NCBI GenBank assembly: GCA_951406725.2
Contig: OX597823.1
Span: forward strand, 112,654,001-112,718,000
DNA length: 64,000 nt
Reading direction: 5' to 3'
From: Octopus vulgaris
Lineage: Eukaryota
The position numbers were made by a program, and so were the translations under genes. How positions within the stretch are numbered: the first letter of the stretch is position 1; the number at the start of each line of letters is the position of its first letter. Below the pieces are notes generated by a model. It did not search any database, was not told the origin of the DNA, and was given only the letters and a program-made list of their open reading frames with translations. This document shows, piece after piece, positions 63,132-64,000 of this stretch.

Positions 63132-64000
63132 TGGGTTACTTACTTGCAAATAAATGTGTTAACATGTGACATTATTGACTAAGGTTACTGTGGTCTTTTC
63201 TGTAGGCTTTTCTTTCCACGGATAAACATTATCTACTTTCCACTTTACACTTTACATTATGACATTTCTGTGATACACGATCCCTATTGATCGTTTTATT
63301 TTTCCCCTTTTACAATCCCTTTTGATCGGAAACCTACCCCACTTCTTTTTTTTTTCCCCAAAAAGAAAGGCTCTACTTTGTAATCTGTCCCGTCTGGCTG
63401 CAGCCCTGTGTGGCTAATAAAGAAACATATCTATCTATCTATCAACCTATCTATTTATCTATCTATCTATCTCTTACTCTCTCCCTCTCACCCTCTCTCT
63501 CTCTCTCACTCTGTCTCTCTATGTCACTATCTCTCTCCCTCCCTCTCTCACTCTGTCTGTCTGTCTTTGTCATTCTCTCTCCTACTCTCTCTCTCTCTCT
63601 CTCTCTAACTCCTCCCTCTCTGTCTCTCACATAAAAATCAAGACTCAAGCTCCAACTTCTTAAAAGCTACCTTTTGTAACTCCTTAGAAATTTATCGGGG
63701 CTTTAATCAAAGAAATGCTAATTAAGAGTGTCATGTTCTATACTTCATTTGGATGACCCCCCAACTCTAATTCTCAGCATTTGCCTACCAACACTTGAAC
63801 CATTTTCCATCCCACTCCACATTTTGTGCGTTTCTGTCACTTCTTGTGGTACCCTTTGATATCTCTATAATTGTGTCTGTGCTCCTCTCACAACTTGACC
63901 CTTTAACATATAAACCAACCATGTCATACCCAAATACTCTACCCGTTTTATGTTCTAACCAACCAGATCTGACCTCTCACACCTAACCTACAGTGTCATT

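Overview
This is AT-rich, microsatellite-dense eukaryotic DNA. The SINE repertoire points to an octopus/coleoid cephalopod genome (inference). The window looks intronic or intergenic, and no host protein-coding gene can be supported; there is one weak candidate exon. The only real long ORF (10860-12545) encodes the RT plus C-terminal GIY-YIG endonuclease of a 5'-truncated Penelope-like retroelement (Naiad-type). It is flanked by an inverted and a direct pseudo-LTR, each carrying a minimal type I hammerhead ribozyme, and it sits in (TA)n. At least six more short, often palindromic, mostly (TA)n-embedded non-coding elements carry hammerhead motifs of three architectures, including a U6 core variant and a long-stem-II form. 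The rest of the window consists of many copies of three to four tRNA- or RTE-related SINE families, RTE LINE fragments, a non-autonomous Helitron, hAT and piggyBac-type MITEs, a solitary 5S rRNA copy, a U6 pseudogene and mini/microsatellites. Almost all other listed ORFs are repeat artefacts.
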